The position numbers were made by a program, and so were the translations under genes. The notes under the pieces are model-generated. The model was given only the letters and a program-made list of their open reading frames with translations. It had not been told where the DNA came from and did not search any database. From Elusimicrobiaceae bacterium (GTDB lineage: Bacteria > Elusimicrobiota > Elusimicrobia > Elusimicrobiales > Elusimicrobiaceae), in assembly GCA_017475405.1 (NCBI GenBank), contig JAFVFN010000008.1, positions 1,254 through 65,253 on the forward strand: a DNA stretch of 64,000 nt, given 5' to 3'. Of this stretch, positions 54,385-64,000 are shown one piece after another; the stretch's first letter is position 1; every line of letters starts with the position of its first letter.

Positions 54385-55493
54385 TAAGCCCTCATCGGCA
54401 TAATGACATACTTAAAGGTTTTATCTTCTACTGGCTCAATCAGTACCGGTAAAGAAGCATTTACAAACGAAAAAGATACTTTTTCGGCAGAAATATTTTT
54501 AAGTACATCAATGATATATTGAGGTTTAAAATTAGCTTCAAATATTTCACCGTTATATTCAACGGGCAATTCATCAGTAAAATCCATATTTTGAGAATTA
54601 GACGATACCGTAAGTTTATTATTCTCAACTTTATACTTTACAATACTTCCAAACTCACCTGCACACAAAGCAGCGCGCCGAGTAGAAGCTAATAATTCTT
54701 TTACAAAAGACTCAAATTTAATGGTGGTTTTAGTAGGAATAACCTGTTTATAGTTCGGGAAATTTCCTTCAATTAACCGAGAAATAAATGTAGTTTCATT
54801 CATAATAAAACTAACCTGATTGGTTGCTACGTTTACTTCAATTTTCGTATCTTTATCCGGTTTAGCAATAGATACAAAACGACATAGTTCATTTAAAATC
54901 TTAGTAGGGATAATAATCTTAAATTCGTTGCTTCCCGCTAAGGCAGGTTGCGTAGCAACGGCTAAGCGACCTCCATCAGTAGCTACCACTTCAAAACTCT
55001 CGGCACTGCTGCTCCATAATAAACCATTTAAGATATAGCGCGTTTCTTGTGTAGAAGCGGAAAAAGCGGTCTTTTCAACCATTTGTTGCAGTAAAATCGG
55101 ATCTAACTGCACAGAACCGGAACGCTCAATTTCGGGAATAGCCGGGTATTCGCTTTTCGGAGTACCTATAACCCAAAACTTACTTTTACCAGATTTAATA
55201 TGCAACTTGTTATTTTCGTCACCTGTTAAGGTAATTTCTTTATCATCCGGTAAATTTTTTATAATATCCGAAAATTCTTTTAAAGGAACCGTAATACTAC
55301 CTTCTTCTACTATTTCTGCCTGTACAAAGTGTACAGTAGCCATTTCCATATCAGTACGAACCATTTTTAGTTTTCCTTGCTGCGTTTCCATTAAAAAGTT
55401 ATGCAGGATTGGCAGGGTAGTACGGGAAGATACTCCAGAAGAGATAATTTGGATACCTTCCAACAGGGTTGCTTTAGTAATATTTATTTTCAT
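54384..55493 (-). CDS. dnaN: DNA polymerase III beta clamp
   Basis: TLPIL, ATDGGRLA, SRLIEGNFPNY and IMPMR motifs. Confidence 0.95.
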   Translation of the reverse strand: MKINITKATLLEGIQIISSGVSSRTTLPILHNFLMETQQGKLKMVRTDMEMATVHFVQAEIVEEGSITVPLKEFSDIIKNLPDDKEITLTGDENNKLHIKSGKSKFWVIGTPKSEYPAIPEIERSGSVQLDPILLQQMVEKTAFSASTQETRYILNGLLWSSSAESFEVVATDGGRLAVATQPALAGSNEFKIIIPTKILNELCRFVSIAKPDKDTKIEVNVATNQVSFIMNETTFISRLIEGNFPNYKQVIPTKTTIKFESFVKELLASTRRAALCAGEFGSIVKYKVENNKLTVSSNSQNMDFTDELPVEYNGEIFEANFKPQYIIDVLKNISAEKVSFSFVNASLPVLIEPVEDKTFKYVIMPMRA

Positions 55494-55680
55494 ATTTATC
55501 CTTACTAATGTATACTGTTGATAGTGTGTATACTGTTACTTACACAATACAACCGAACTTTTAATTTTTGTGCATAAAGGTGTATGTTTATCCACAATAT
55601 GCACTGTTTAAATCATTTATCCAACCAAGGGGAGCTTATTTCACAGTTTATCCCCTACTTATTTACAACTTTTCCACAGC
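55494..55680. other. Probable replication origin oriC (DnaA-box cluster)
   Basis: TGTGCATAA 55569-77, TTATCCACA 55588-96, TTTTCCACA 55670-78 plus near-matches, between dnaA and dnaN; gene orientation flips nearby. Confidence 0.8.
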
Positions 55681-57036
55681 TTTAATATCGGTAATAATTT
55701 GGTTAATTTCAGCAGTGAAAAAGGGGTCTGTATTAATTTTTTCTTTAATTAAATCACGCGCATGTACCACCGTACTGTGATCTCGGTTAAACTCACGACC
55801 AATTTCCGGTAAAGAAAGATCAGTCAGTTCTGTGGACAGATACATCGCGATTTGTCTGGGCCAAGCAATAGACTGCGTTTTACGCTTGGCACTAAAATCT
55901 TCCATACGAATATTAAAGTGTTTACCGACTACTTTTTTTATAATATTTACAGATACAGTTTTATCTTGCTCACTGACCAATAAATCTCCGAGCAATTCCC
56001 GTGCAATCGGGATGGTGGGAGTTACGCCGTGTGTGGTACAATATGCACGCAAACGGATTAAGGCTCCTTCAAGTTCCCGAATATTAGTTTGTACCCCTTC
56101 TGCCAAGAATGTAACTACATCATCGCCGATGATAAAGTTCATAGAATCTCTTTTTTGGCGTAGAATCGCAATACGTGCTTCTACATTCGGGCGTTTAATT
56201 TCTGTACTAATCCCGGAAAGTAATCGGGAAGAAAGTCGTTCATCCCATTCTAATTGTTGAGGGGAACGATCGGAAGATAATACAATTTGCTTTCCGCTCT
56301 CAAAGAGTGTATTAAATGTATAAAAGAAGGCTTCGGAGCTGTATTGTTTACCAACGACAAATTGAATATCGTCTACCAAAAAACAATCCAAAAAACGGTA
56401 TTTTTTTCGAAATGCGTCACCGGTTTTCTGGTGCATGGATTCGATGTATTCATTGACAAATTCTTCCCCGGACATATACATTACTTTAGATTGGGGTTTT
56501 TCTTTTAGGATTTGGTTTCCGATAGCTTGTAATAAGTGAGTTTTTCCTAATCCTGGAGCTGAATAAATTACCAACGGATTATTTTCCCGTGCTCCTAGTT
56601 TATGAACGACAGCCTGTGCTGCTTTATAGGCAAACCGGTTGGAGGGGGATTCAATAAAATTATCAAAGGTATAATTCGGATTAAAACGCGCAGAAAAAGG
56701 ATTAACAGCCGGGATAAATGTTTCAGTTGGTACAGATGATAGTACATCTTGAGCCGATGAAATAGAAGGAGTGACTGCAGCTGGAGTAGTATCTACATTA
56801 TAAATAACCTGAATAGTCATGCCGGTATGCTTTAAAAACGCATCCGTAATAATCTGTTCATAGCGTGATTTAAGGGTTTGTCCCCATGTAACGTTAGGAA
56901 TCGTTACCGTCAATGTATTAACATTTAAAGTAAATCCGGCTGTTTTAAACCACAAATCGTATGTTTCTTTACCAATAATTTGTTCTACTTCTTGAAAAAT
57001 AGGAAGAAGAGATGCATCTAACTGAAAATTATCCAC
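55663..57036 (-). CDS. dnaA: Chromosomal replication initiator DnaA
   Basis: [28 protein letters not shown] and RDHSTV motifs; GTG start. Confidence 0.97.
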   Translation of the reverse strand: MDNFQLDASLLPIFQEVEQIIGKETYDLWFKTAGFTLNVNTLTVTIPNVTWGQTLKSRYEQIITDAFLKHTGMTIQVIYNVDTTPAAVTPSISSAQDVLSSVPTETFIPAVNPFSARFNPNYTFDNFIESPSNRFAYKAAQAVVHKLGARENNPLVIYSAPGLGKTHLLQAIGNQILKEKPQSKVMYMSGEEFVNEYIESMHQKTGDAFRKKYRFLDCFLVDDIQFVVGKQYSSEAFFYTFNTLFESGKQIVLSSDRSPQQLEWDERLSSRLLSGISTEIKRPNVEARIAILRQKRDSMNFIIGDDVVTFLAEGVQTNIRELEGALIRLRAYCTTHGVTPTIPIARELLGDLLVSEQDKTVSVNIIKKVVGKHFNIRMEDFSAKRKTQSIAWPRQIAMYLSTELTDLSLPEIGREFNRDHSTVVHARDLIKEKINTDPFFTAEINQIITDIKAVEKL

Positions 57037-57301
57037 CGTATTTCGTCCTTACTACAATCTTTTTCTTTATATTACTACTTATTGAGAGTTTGGTCAATGG
57101 GTAAAAATCTTTAAAACGCAAATAAACGCATAAAATAGGGGTTTTTAGACATTTTTATAAAAAATAGCAGTCAGGGTATTAAATAATCTATTTTAATGTT
57201 GTATAAGCGGTTTTGGCAAACTAACCCTTTTTTGGACTTGTCAAATATATCCTAAGCTATGTTATAATAAGAGTAATCAAGTTTTATATGAAGAGGTATC
57301 T

Positions 57302-57805
57302 ATGCGTCAATTAACCATGGGGGGAACTCCGATTACGGTTACAGGAGCTGATTTAAAAATTGGTCAGCAGGCACCGGATTTTAAGTTGTTAGGTCTTAAT
57401 TTTAATGAAGTAAAACTGAGTGACTTTAAGGGGAAAATTTTGGTGATTTCGTGTGTTCCATCAATAGATACACCGGTATGTGATTTGCAAACGCGTCGTT
57501 TTAATCAGGAAGCCGCTCTTTTACCGGAAGAACTGTGTATTTTGACGGTCAGTAAAGATTTGCCTTTTGCGCAGGCACGTTGGTGCGGAGCTCATGGAAT
57601 TAATAAGGTAATGATGGCTTCGGATTTTCGTGATTTTGGGTTTGCTAAGGATTATGGTGTATTGTTGGAAGAAATGGGACTGTTGGCCCGTGCTGTTTTT
57701 GTTATTGATAAACAGGGTATCATTCGTGCGATCGAATTTGTACCCGAAGTAGGACAAGAACCCGATTATGAGAAAGTGCTTATTGCTATTAAACAATTAA
57801 TTTAG
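57302..57805 (+). CDS. tpx: Thiol peroxidase (Tpx)
   Basis: PSIDTPVCD and SKDLPFAQARWCG motifs. Confidence 0.93.
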   Translation: MRQLTMGGTPITVTGADLKIGQQAPDFKLLGLNFNEVKLSDFKGKILVISCVPSIDTPVCDLQTRRFNQEAALLPEELCILTVSKDLPFAQARWCGAHGINKVMMASDFRDFGFAKDYGVLLEEMGLLARAVFVIDKQGIIRAIEFVPEVGQEPDYEKVLIAIKQLI

Positions 57806-57814
57806 GAGGAATCT

Positions 57815-58201
57815 ATGACGAACTTAAATGAAATTTATAAATGTACGGTATGTGGAAACATGGTAGAAGTCGTATACGCGTCAACAGGCGAATTAACCTG
57901 TTGCGGAAAACCCATGCATAAGCTGGTAGCCGGAGAGACGGACGGTGCGGCTGAAAAACATGTTCCTGTTTTGGAAAAAATTGAGGACGGATATAAGGTA
58001 AAAGTAGGATCTGTTCCGCATCCAGCCACCGAAGAGCATCACATTGAGTTTATTGAACTGATTTGTAATACGTGTCATCAAGTACAGCGTGCTTATATTA
58101 AGCCTGGTAATCCGGCAGAAGCAGTATTTAAAGCATGTTCCGACGATGTGACTGCCCGCGAATATTGTAATTTGCACGGACTGTGGCAAAGCAAAAAATA
58201 A
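57815..58201 (+). CDS. dfx: Desulfoferrodoxin (superoxide reductase)
   Basis: CTVCGN..CCG centre I; EKHVP, HP..EHHI and CNLHGLW centre II. Confidence 0.93.
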   Translation: MTNLNEIYKCTVCGNMVEVVYASTGELTCCGKPMHKLVAGETDGAAEKHVPVLEKIEDGYKVKVGSVPHPATEEHHIEFIELICNTCHQVQRAYIKPGNPAEAVFKACSDDVTAREYCNLHGLWQSKK

Positions 58202-58220
58202 CAGAGGAGAAGAATAGATT

Positions 58221-59414
58221 ATGAAAGCAGTACAAATTTCTCCCAAAGTATATTGGGTAGGTGCTATTGATTGGAATTTACGAGATTTTCACGGGTATGC
58301 CACGGATCGTGGTACTACGTATAATGCGTATTTGATTTTGGGTGAAAAACCGACCTTGATTGATACGGTCAAAAAAGCTTTTTATCCCGAAATGTTGACC
58401 CGCATTCAAAGCGTAATTGATCCTCAGAAAATTGAAATTATTATTTCCAATCACGCGGAAATGGATCATTCGGGAGCTTTATGCCAGGCCGTAGCGGATA
58501 TGAACCCCAAAGAGGTATATGCTTCGGCGATGGGGGTTAAAAATTTAACGGCTCAGTTACATCCCGCGTTTGAAATTAAAACTGTCAAAACCGGCGATAA
58601 AATTGACATCGGAGGGGACACTTTATCCTTTGTAGAAGCACGCATGCTTCATTGGCCGGACAGCATGCTAGCGTATCTGGAGAAAGAAGATATTTTGTTT
58701 ACCAACGACGTATTTGGCATGCATTTGGCAACATCTAAATTGTTTGATGATGAGAATGATGAACAGATTTGGATCCAGGAAGCAAAAAAATATTATGCCA
58801 ATATTGTACTGCCGTATTCAGATATTGTTACACGGTTTTTAGGTCAGGTACAACAAATGGGGTTATCTCCGAAGGTAATTGCCCCGGACCACGGTTTTAT
58901 TTGGCGTAAGGATCCATCTAAAATTGTCGGATTATATGCTCAATTTGCGGCTCAAAAACCGACGAATAAAGCTGTTCTTGTGTATGATACAATGTGGGGA
59001 AGCACGGAAAAAATGGCTTTTGCCATTGCCGACGGACTGCGACAGGGGGGAACAACTGTTCAACTCATGTCTATGCATACTTGCCACCGAAGTGATGTGG
59101 TTACGCAGCTGTTGGATGCCGGTGCAATTTTGGTGGGAACTCCCGTGCTAAATAGTAATATTTTCCCGGCGATGGCCGACGTACTGTGTTATTTGAAAGG
59201 GCTTAAAAAGAAAAATCTCATTGGGGCGGCTTTCGGGTCTTATGGATGGAACGGAGCACCCATCGACAGCGTTACCAAAATACTAGAAGAGATGGGTATA
59301 GAAATAGTGTCCCCGTCGGTGAAATCTCTTTTTGTGCCGGATCAACCCAAGTTACAAGAATGTGAAGATCTAGGCAAGTTGGTCAATCAAAAACTCACGG
59401 AAAAGGTAAAATAA
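58221..59414 (+). CDS. fprA: Flavodiiron protein (FprA/Roo)
   Basis: GTTYNAYL, HAEMDHSG, LHWPD and APDHG motifs plus flavodoxin domain. Confidence 0.93.
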   Translation: MKAVQISPKVYWVGAIDWNLRDFHGYATDRGTTYNAYLILGEKPTLIDTVKKAFYPEMLTRIQSVIDPQKIEIIISNHAEMDHSGALCQAVADMNPKEVYASAMGVKNLTAQLHPAFEIKTVKTGDKIDIGGDTLSFVEARMLHWPDSMLAYLEKEDILFTNDVFGMHLATSKLFDDENDEQIWIQEAKKYYANIVLPYSDIVTRFLGQVQQMGLSPKVIAPDHGFIWRKDPSKIVGLYAQFAAQKPTNKAVLVYDTMWGSTEKMAFAIADGLRQGGTTVQLMSMHTCHRSDVVTQLLDAGAILVGTPVLNSNIFPAMADVLCYLKGLKKKNLIGAAFGSYGWNGAPIDSVTKILEEMGIEIVSPSVKSLFVPDQPKLQECEDLGKLVNQKLTEKVK

Positions 59415-59923
59415 TGGACTCCTGCGTGTGCCAAAGTTTAAATTGTATTTCGTACGGCCTTTATATTGTCACGACGGCCGATGAAGCGCAAAAAAACGGA
59501 CTGATTGTAAATACGGCATTTCAGGTATCTGCAGATCCGGCTCAAATAGCGGTATGTGTTTGTAAAAACAGTTTTACACACCAACTGATAGAAAAAAGCC
59601 GTGTGTTTGCTGTGATGCCGTTAGAACAACAGACCCCTATGGTATTTATCGGTAATTTTGGGTTTCGTACGGGACGGACCTATGATAAATTTGCCAAAGT
59701 AACTTTTACAAGGGGGCAAACAGGAGTTCCGATCGTTACCGAGCATACCCTGGCAAGTATAGAGTCACGAGTATTGCAAATGGTGGACGTAGGAACACAT
59801 ACCTTATTTATCGGAGATGTAGTATCCGGACAAATTTTAAAGCCGCAAGGCATCCCTTTAACGTATGAATATTACCATACGGTCATTAAAGGAAAAACCC
59901 CTCCAGGGGCAACTCATTTATAG
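59414..59923 (+). CDS. Flavin reductase-like (flavoredoxin) protein
   Basis: ISYGLYIVT, FGFRTGR..DKF and GTHTLFIG motifs. Confidence 0.85.
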   Translation: MDSCVCQSLNCISYGLYIVTTADEAQKNGLIVNTAFQVSADPAQIAVCVCKNSFTHQLIEKSRVFAVMPLEQQTPMVFIGNFGFRTGRTYDKFAKVTFTRGQTGVPIVTEHTLASIESRVLQMVDVGTHTLFIGDVVSGQILKPQGIPLTYEYYHTVIKGKTPPGATHL

Positions 59924-59932
59924 GAGAAAATT

Positions 59933-60091
59933 ATGGTGAAATATGTATGTGAAGTGTGTGGTTATGTATACGATCCTGCCGTCGGAGATACGGATAATGG
60001 AGTTCCGGCCGGAACGGCTTGGGAAAATGTAAAAGAAGATTGGGTATGCCCGGTCTGCGGAGTAGGAAAGGATCAATTCAAAGCTGCTTAA
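59933..60091 (+). CDS. Rubredoxin (52 aa, below the ORF-track cutoff)
   Basis: [28 protein letters not shown]; AGGAGA SD. Confidence 0.95.
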   Translation: MVKYVCEVCGYVYDPAVGDTDNGVPAGTAWENVKEDWVCPVCGVGKDQFKAA

Positions 60092-60113
60092 TAAGAAAAC
60101 AGTTACATGCTAT

Positions 60114-60151
60114 AAAAAGCTCGTCTCTTTTTGGAAAGGGACGAGCTTTTT
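60114..60151. terminator. Bidirectional terminator
   Basis: AAAAAGCTCGTCTC/GGGACGAGCTTTTT. Confidence 0.75.
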
Positions 60152-60185
60152 AATAAGCTTGTTAACAGAGTACTAATTATCCGTA

Positions 60186-60500
60186 TTAATATCCGTATGC
60201 GTTTTGACAACTGTTTGCATAGGTAAAACGGTAATCATATGTTGAATCTAACCACACAATATGATGTAGATTTTGTTGTTGCATGGCTTCAAACAACGTA
60301 TCAGGCGTTTTGTGTTTATGCCACGGCCAGGGAATGAAACCCAATATTAAGAAAGAACACGAAGAGGCCTTTTTAAGCTGATCAATGTGTGATAAATCAG
60401 CTTGTTGGGCGTTTAAGTCTACATTGTACTTTGTGGTACCGTATAAACCGCAACCCGCAAACAGAAGACTACATATAGCTAGAATAAATAACTTTTTCAT
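60186..60500 (-). CDS. Small lipoprotein, TRL-like
   Basis: Lipobox LFAGC; SCSFLILG..C pattern. Confidence 0.65.
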   Translation of the reverse strand: MKKLFILAICSLLFAGCGLYGTTKYNVDLNAQQADLSHIDQLKKASSCSFLILGFIPWPWHKHKTPDTLFEAMQQQNLHHIVWLDSTYDYRFTYANSCQNAYGY

Positions 60501-60560
60501 ATTTTTAAGTTACCAAATTATGTTCATACCGTCAACGATAAAACTTGCTATAATAATCGT

Positions 60561-61649
60561 ATGAAGATTTTATATGTAATTACATCCTCAGATGTGGGAG
60601 GAGCTGAGCGAGCTTTGACGAATTTGGTACGTTTTTTGCCAAAATATTATCAAATTAAAGTAGTTTGCCTCAAACCGTTAGGGGAACAAGGTAAGATTTT
60701 GCGAGAGTTGGGAGCCGATATTACGTCGCTAAACATGCAGGGAGCCGGTTTAGGTATTGTATCTAAATTGGTGCACGAAATAGAGTCTTTTAAGCCAGAT
60801 ATTGTACATGCCATGTTGTTTCGGGCCATTGAGTTTACACGTTTGGCGTGTGCGGGTAGGAATATCAACCTAATAACTACTCCTCATTTTGATTTATCAA
60901 AAAAACCATTATGGATGCGCTGGCTGGACCGTTCTTTAAAAAGCATAGATACAATCAGTACGGCCGAATCCGTATCCACTTATAACTATTTAGTGGATAT
61001 CCAAGGTTACCCCAACAAAAAAACGTTGCTTATAGGTAATTCTGTTGAAAAATCTTTATTTTTTAAGGATAATTATTTAAAAAGCCACATGCGAGAAAAA
61101 TATCACTTTGCAAAGGATGATGTAATCTTTATAAGTGTGGCGCGTTTAGCCGCTGTTAAGAATCCTCTATTTGCGGCAAAAGTTTTTTTAAAAATTTTAT
61201 CCACTTGTCCAAAAGCTAAATTTGTTTTTGTAGGAGAGGGTATGGAGCGTACCGTTCTAGAAAAATTTATTCAAGAAAATAAATTAGAAAAACAAATTAT
61301 TTTGGCAGGAGAACAAAAAAATATTAATGAGTGGTTAAATCTGGCAGACGTATTTGTTTTGGTATCTAAAGAGGAATCCTTGCCGTTAGCATTGTTAGAG
61401 GCTCGACAGATCGGACTTCCATGTATTGTCAGCAACGTTGGAGATATGCCTAAGCTGGTGGAACATGGAAAAAATGGATTTGTGGGGCGTCCTAAAGATG
61501 AAATATTAATGAGTTGCTTTTTTGCTGAACTGTATGAAAATAAACAGCTTCGCCAGCAAATGGGCGAAAAATCGCTCTGTATGGCTGGTCAGGTAAAAGA
61601 TAGTTCTCAACAATATCAACAACTTTATCAACAAATTTTAAATCAGTAA
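60561..61649 (+). CDS. Glycosyltransferase family 4
   Basis: GGAER, VARL..VKN and ESLPLALLEA..GLPCIVSNVG motifs. Confidence 0.9.
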   Translation: MKILYVITSSDVGGAERALTNLVRFLPKYYQIKVVCLKPLGEQGKILRELGADITSLNMQGAGLGIVSKLVHEIESFKPDIVHAMLFRAIEFTRLACAGRNINLITTPHFDLSKKPLWMRWLDRSLKSIDTISTAESVSTYNYLVDIQGYPNKKTLLIGNSVEKSLFFKDNYLKSHMREKYHFAKDDVIFISVARLAAVKNPLFAAKVFLKILSTCPKAKFVFVGEGMERTVLEKFIQENKLEKQIILAGEQKNINEWLNLADVFVLVSKEESLPLALLEARQIGLPCIVSNVGDMPKLVEHGKNGFVGRPKDEILMSCFFAELYENKQLRQQMGEKSLCMAGQVKDSSQQYQQLYQQILNQ

Positions 61650-61651
61650 AA

Positions 61652-61667
61652 GTTTTCACGTGAAAAC
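61652..61667. other. parS-like palindrome 1
   Basis: GTTTTCACGTGAAAAC near parAB. Confidence 0.75.
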
Positions 61668-61680
61668 TTTTTGGAGGAAT

Positions 61681-62652
61681 ATGGAAGCAAGATTATTTAT
61701 TGCCGCGTGTATTATGTATGCCTTTATGCTGTTGACGCGCTGGTTAAAGAAACAAAAAAAATTAACATTGTCAGCAGTTTTTAATAAGTGGCATGGTGTG
61801 TTTTTATTTTTAATTTTGACTTGTGCGCTATATATCTTTTTATTTGTAATGAACGGGGGTGCCGGGGAGCCTTATCCTATCACAAAGTTCCTTATAGGAG
61901 AGCTATTTGTTTTAGGCGTTTCTGTTTATGGTTATATAATAGCTGGAAAAGCCACATCAAAAGAGCAGGAGAAAATAATTAAGACGGATGTAGATTGGTG
62001 TAATACGGTTTATTTTGCTGGATTTGTGGCTTCCATTGTAATGTTCTTTTTTATCCAGGCTTTTAAAATCCCTTCTGCTTCTATGCATAATACACTGGTA
62101 GAGGGAGATCATTTATTTGTCAACAAAGCCGTTTATGGATTTCGTATTCCGTTGACAAATATTCGTTTTGGACAATTTAAGAATATTGAAAAAGGAGATA
62201 TTATTGTCTTTGAATTTCCAGCCAAAGATAGAACTCAATTAAACTGCGGAGGACAAGCACAATACGGACGAGATTTTGTAAAACGCGTGGTGGCCCTTCC
62301 AGGGGATAAAGTAGAAGTAAAGAAAGGGCGTCTTTGGGTAAATGATAAAGAAGTTACCAATGAACCCTACGCTGTCTATGAAAATGTAGAACGTGTTCCT
62401 GAACTGGAAAATAATGATCCCCAATTATACCAGCAGATTTGGCAAGAACATCTTTTGGATAATTATTTAGGGCTGGAATTGCGGGATAGTTTTGGACCAG
62501 TCACGGTACCCGCAGATACTTATTTTGCCATGGGAGATAATCGTGATAACTCATGCGATTCTCGGTTCTGGGGCCCTGTACCGCGAGAAAATATTAAAGG
62601 CAAGGCTTGGTTTATTCATTGGCCGCTTAGCAAAATAGGCTTAATTAAATAA
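61681..62652 (+). CDS. lepB: Signal peptidase I with multi-TM N-terminal extension
   Basis: IPSASM (Ser), FVKRVVALPGD (Lys), GDNRDNS.DSRFWG; GGAGG SD before ATG 61681. Confidence 0.92.
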   Translation: MEARLFIAACIMYAFMLLTRWLKKQKKLTLSAVFNKWHGVFLFLILTCALYIFLFVMNGGAGEPYPITKFLIGELFVLGVSVYGYIIAGKATSKEQEKIIKTDVDWCNTVYFAGFVASIVMFFFIQAFKIPSASMHNTLVEGDHLFVNKAVYGFRIPLTNIRFGQFKNIEKGDIIVFEFPAKDRTQLNCGGQAQYGRDFVKRVVALPGDKVEVKKGRLWVNDKEVTNEPYAVYENVERVPELENNDPQLYQQIWQEHLLDNYLGLELRDSFGPVTVPADTYFAMGDNRDNSCDSRFWGPVPRENIKGKAWFIHWPLSKIGLIK

Positions 62653-62665
62653 AAAGCATTTAAAA

Positions 62666-62681
62666 GTTTTCACGTGAAAAC
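62666..62681. other. parS-like palindrome 2
   Basis: GTTTTCACGTGAAAAC within a 30-bp perfect palindrome. Confidence 0.8.
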
Positions 62682-62711
62682 TTTTAAATATGTCATAATT
62701 TAATACAAGGA

Positions 62712-62727
62712 GTTTTCACGTGAAAAC
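62712..62727. other. parS-like palindrome 3
   Basis: GTTTTCACGTGAAAAC within a 28-bp perfect palindrome directly upstream of parA. Confidence 0.8.
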
Positions 62728-62775
62728 TCCTTGCAATTTTATCTTATTTATGGTTTAATGTATGTAGGAGGAGTT

Positions 62776-63609
62776 ATGGCAGAAATTGTAGTAGTAGCGA
62801 ACCAAAAAGGGGGTGTGGGGAAAACAACCACATCTATTAATTTAGCATACGCACTGGCCTGCCTAAATCAGGAAGTGCTCTTAGTAGATTTTGATCCGCA
62901 GGGAAATGCCGGGTCGGGATTAGGGGCAGCTGTAAATGATGGAGAAAAATCAGTATATCATTTGCTTACCAAGGTATCTCCATTTGACCAAGTAGTACGG
63001 CAAACCTCTAATGAATTTTTAGATGTACTGCCAGCTTGTAAAGATTTGGCTGGAGCAGAAGTAGAGTTAGTCAATGTCCGTGGTCGGGAAAATATGTTAA
63101 AGGACGCATTGGGCCCCATTCGCGATATGTATAAGTTTATCATCATAGACTGTCCCCCGTCTTTGGGTCTTTTGACGCTTAATGCCATGATGGCTGCAGA
63201 TAGTGTCATTACTCCAGTGCAGTGTGAATATTATGCGATGGAAGGATTAGCGCATTTTATGGGAACTGTAAATAAGATTAAACAATTTTTACATCCAAAA
63301 TTAAAAATGGATGGTGGTGTACTAACAATGTATGACGGACATTTAAATTTGGCCAAGCAGGTGCGAGAAGAAGTCAGTCGTTTCTTCGGAGACAAAATTT
63401 ATAAAACACCGATCCCGAGAAATATTCGTTTGGCTGAGGCTCCCAGTTTTGGTCAATCCATTTTTGATTATGAACCTGCCTGTCGCGGAGCCGAGTCCTA
63501 TATTAAATTAGCAGTCGAATTTTTGACACGCCGCGGTGCAAAATTAGAGGATTACCGGGATTTCAAGCTTGCCGGTGATACTCCTTTAAACTACGATTTT
63601 GGAGGATAA
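62776..63609 (+). CDS. parA: Chromosome partitioning ATPase ParA/Soj
   Basis: NQKGGVGKTT, DFDPQGN, IDCPPSLG and IPRNIRLAEAPSFG motifs. Confidence 0.95.
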   Translation: MAEIVVVANQKGGVGKTTTSINLAYALACLNQEVLLVDFDPQGNAGSGLGAAVNDGEKSVYHLLTKVSPFDQVVRQTSNEFLDVLPACKDLAGAEVELVNVRGRENMLKDALGPIRDMYKFIIIDCPPSLGLLTLNAMMAADSVITPVQCEYYAMEGLAHFMGTVNKIKQFLHPKLKMDGGVLTMYDGHLNLAKQVREEVSRFFGDKIYKTPIPRNIRLAEAPSFGQSIFDYEPACRGAESYIKLAVEFLTRRGAKLEDYRDFKLAGDTPLNYDFGG

Positions 63610-63610
63610 G

Positions 63611-64000
63611 ATGTCCAGACAAGCATTGGGAAAAGGGTTAGATGCCCTTATTAAACAAACACAGGAAGTAGCCAATTTAGATGTACAAGAGGCTGCGGAA
63701 GTAGTACAGAATACTCCCGGTATGAGTGTACAAAAAATTGATGTTAAAAAAATTGTTCCGAACCGATTTCAGCCGCGACGCGTGTTTGATGAAGAAAAAC
63801 TCCAGGAATTAGCCTCCTCCATTAAAGAGCACGGTCTTACACAGCCTATTGTTGTTGTGTATGATGCCAGCCTAGATAAATATGAAATTGTAGTGGGGGA
63901 ACGTCGTTTCAGAGCTACGCAACTGGCCGGACTTACCGAAATTAATGCCATTGTACATAGCCATTTAGATGATCAACAAATGTGCGCCTTGGCTCTTATT
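63611..64000 (+). CDS. parB: ParB/Spo0J (5' part, truncated by the window end)
   Basis: Hand-translated ALGKGLDALI, NRFQPRRVF, GLTQPIVV and GERRFRA. Confidence 0.93.
   Translation, partial: MSRQALGKGLDALIKQTQEVANLDVQEAAEVVQNTPGMSVQKIDVKKIVPNRFQPRRVFDEEKLQELASSIKEHGLTQPIVVVYDASLDKYEIVVGERRFRATQLAGLTEINAIVHSHLDDQQMCALALI

Overview
Core chromosomal segment around the replication origin of a bacterium. It is most likely Elusimicrobiota (Elusimicrobium/Avelusimicrobium-like); this is inferred from the expanded family of [24 protein letters not shown] pilE-like genes. Housekeeping content: rplU-rpmA-obgE, tuf-rpmG-secE-nusG-rplKA with five tRNAs, dapA-asd-dapB-murC, glmU-prs-rplY-pth, an F1Fo ATP synthase operon with an hldD/rfaD-like epimerase inserted inside it, dnaA-oriC-dnaN-dciA-gyrBA, an O2/NO detoxification cluster, and parA-parB with three variant parS palindromes. 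Seven type IV pilin-like genes are scattered between these operons (six intact, one frameshifted). Main discovery: five pilin genes are preceded by a promoter and a ~185-200 nt non-coding leader. Its sequence diverges between copies but its predicted fold is conserved: a multi-stem structure with a 9-10 bp long-range pseudoknot whose sequence differs in every copy yet stays perfectly complementary. This is a candidate undescribed structured cis-regulatory RNA family. A sixth pilin has a poly(T)13 tract in its promoter spacer (phase-variation signature). Also noted: a Trp-containing leaderless peptide with attenuator-like pairing, recurrent leaderless genes, a 6S-like RNA, a second small RNA candidate, an EF-Tu with a non-canonical switch I and an L27 with a histone-like tail. 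No CRISPR array, transposase, integrase or reverse transcriptase was recognised. All structures were paired by eye, not computed.
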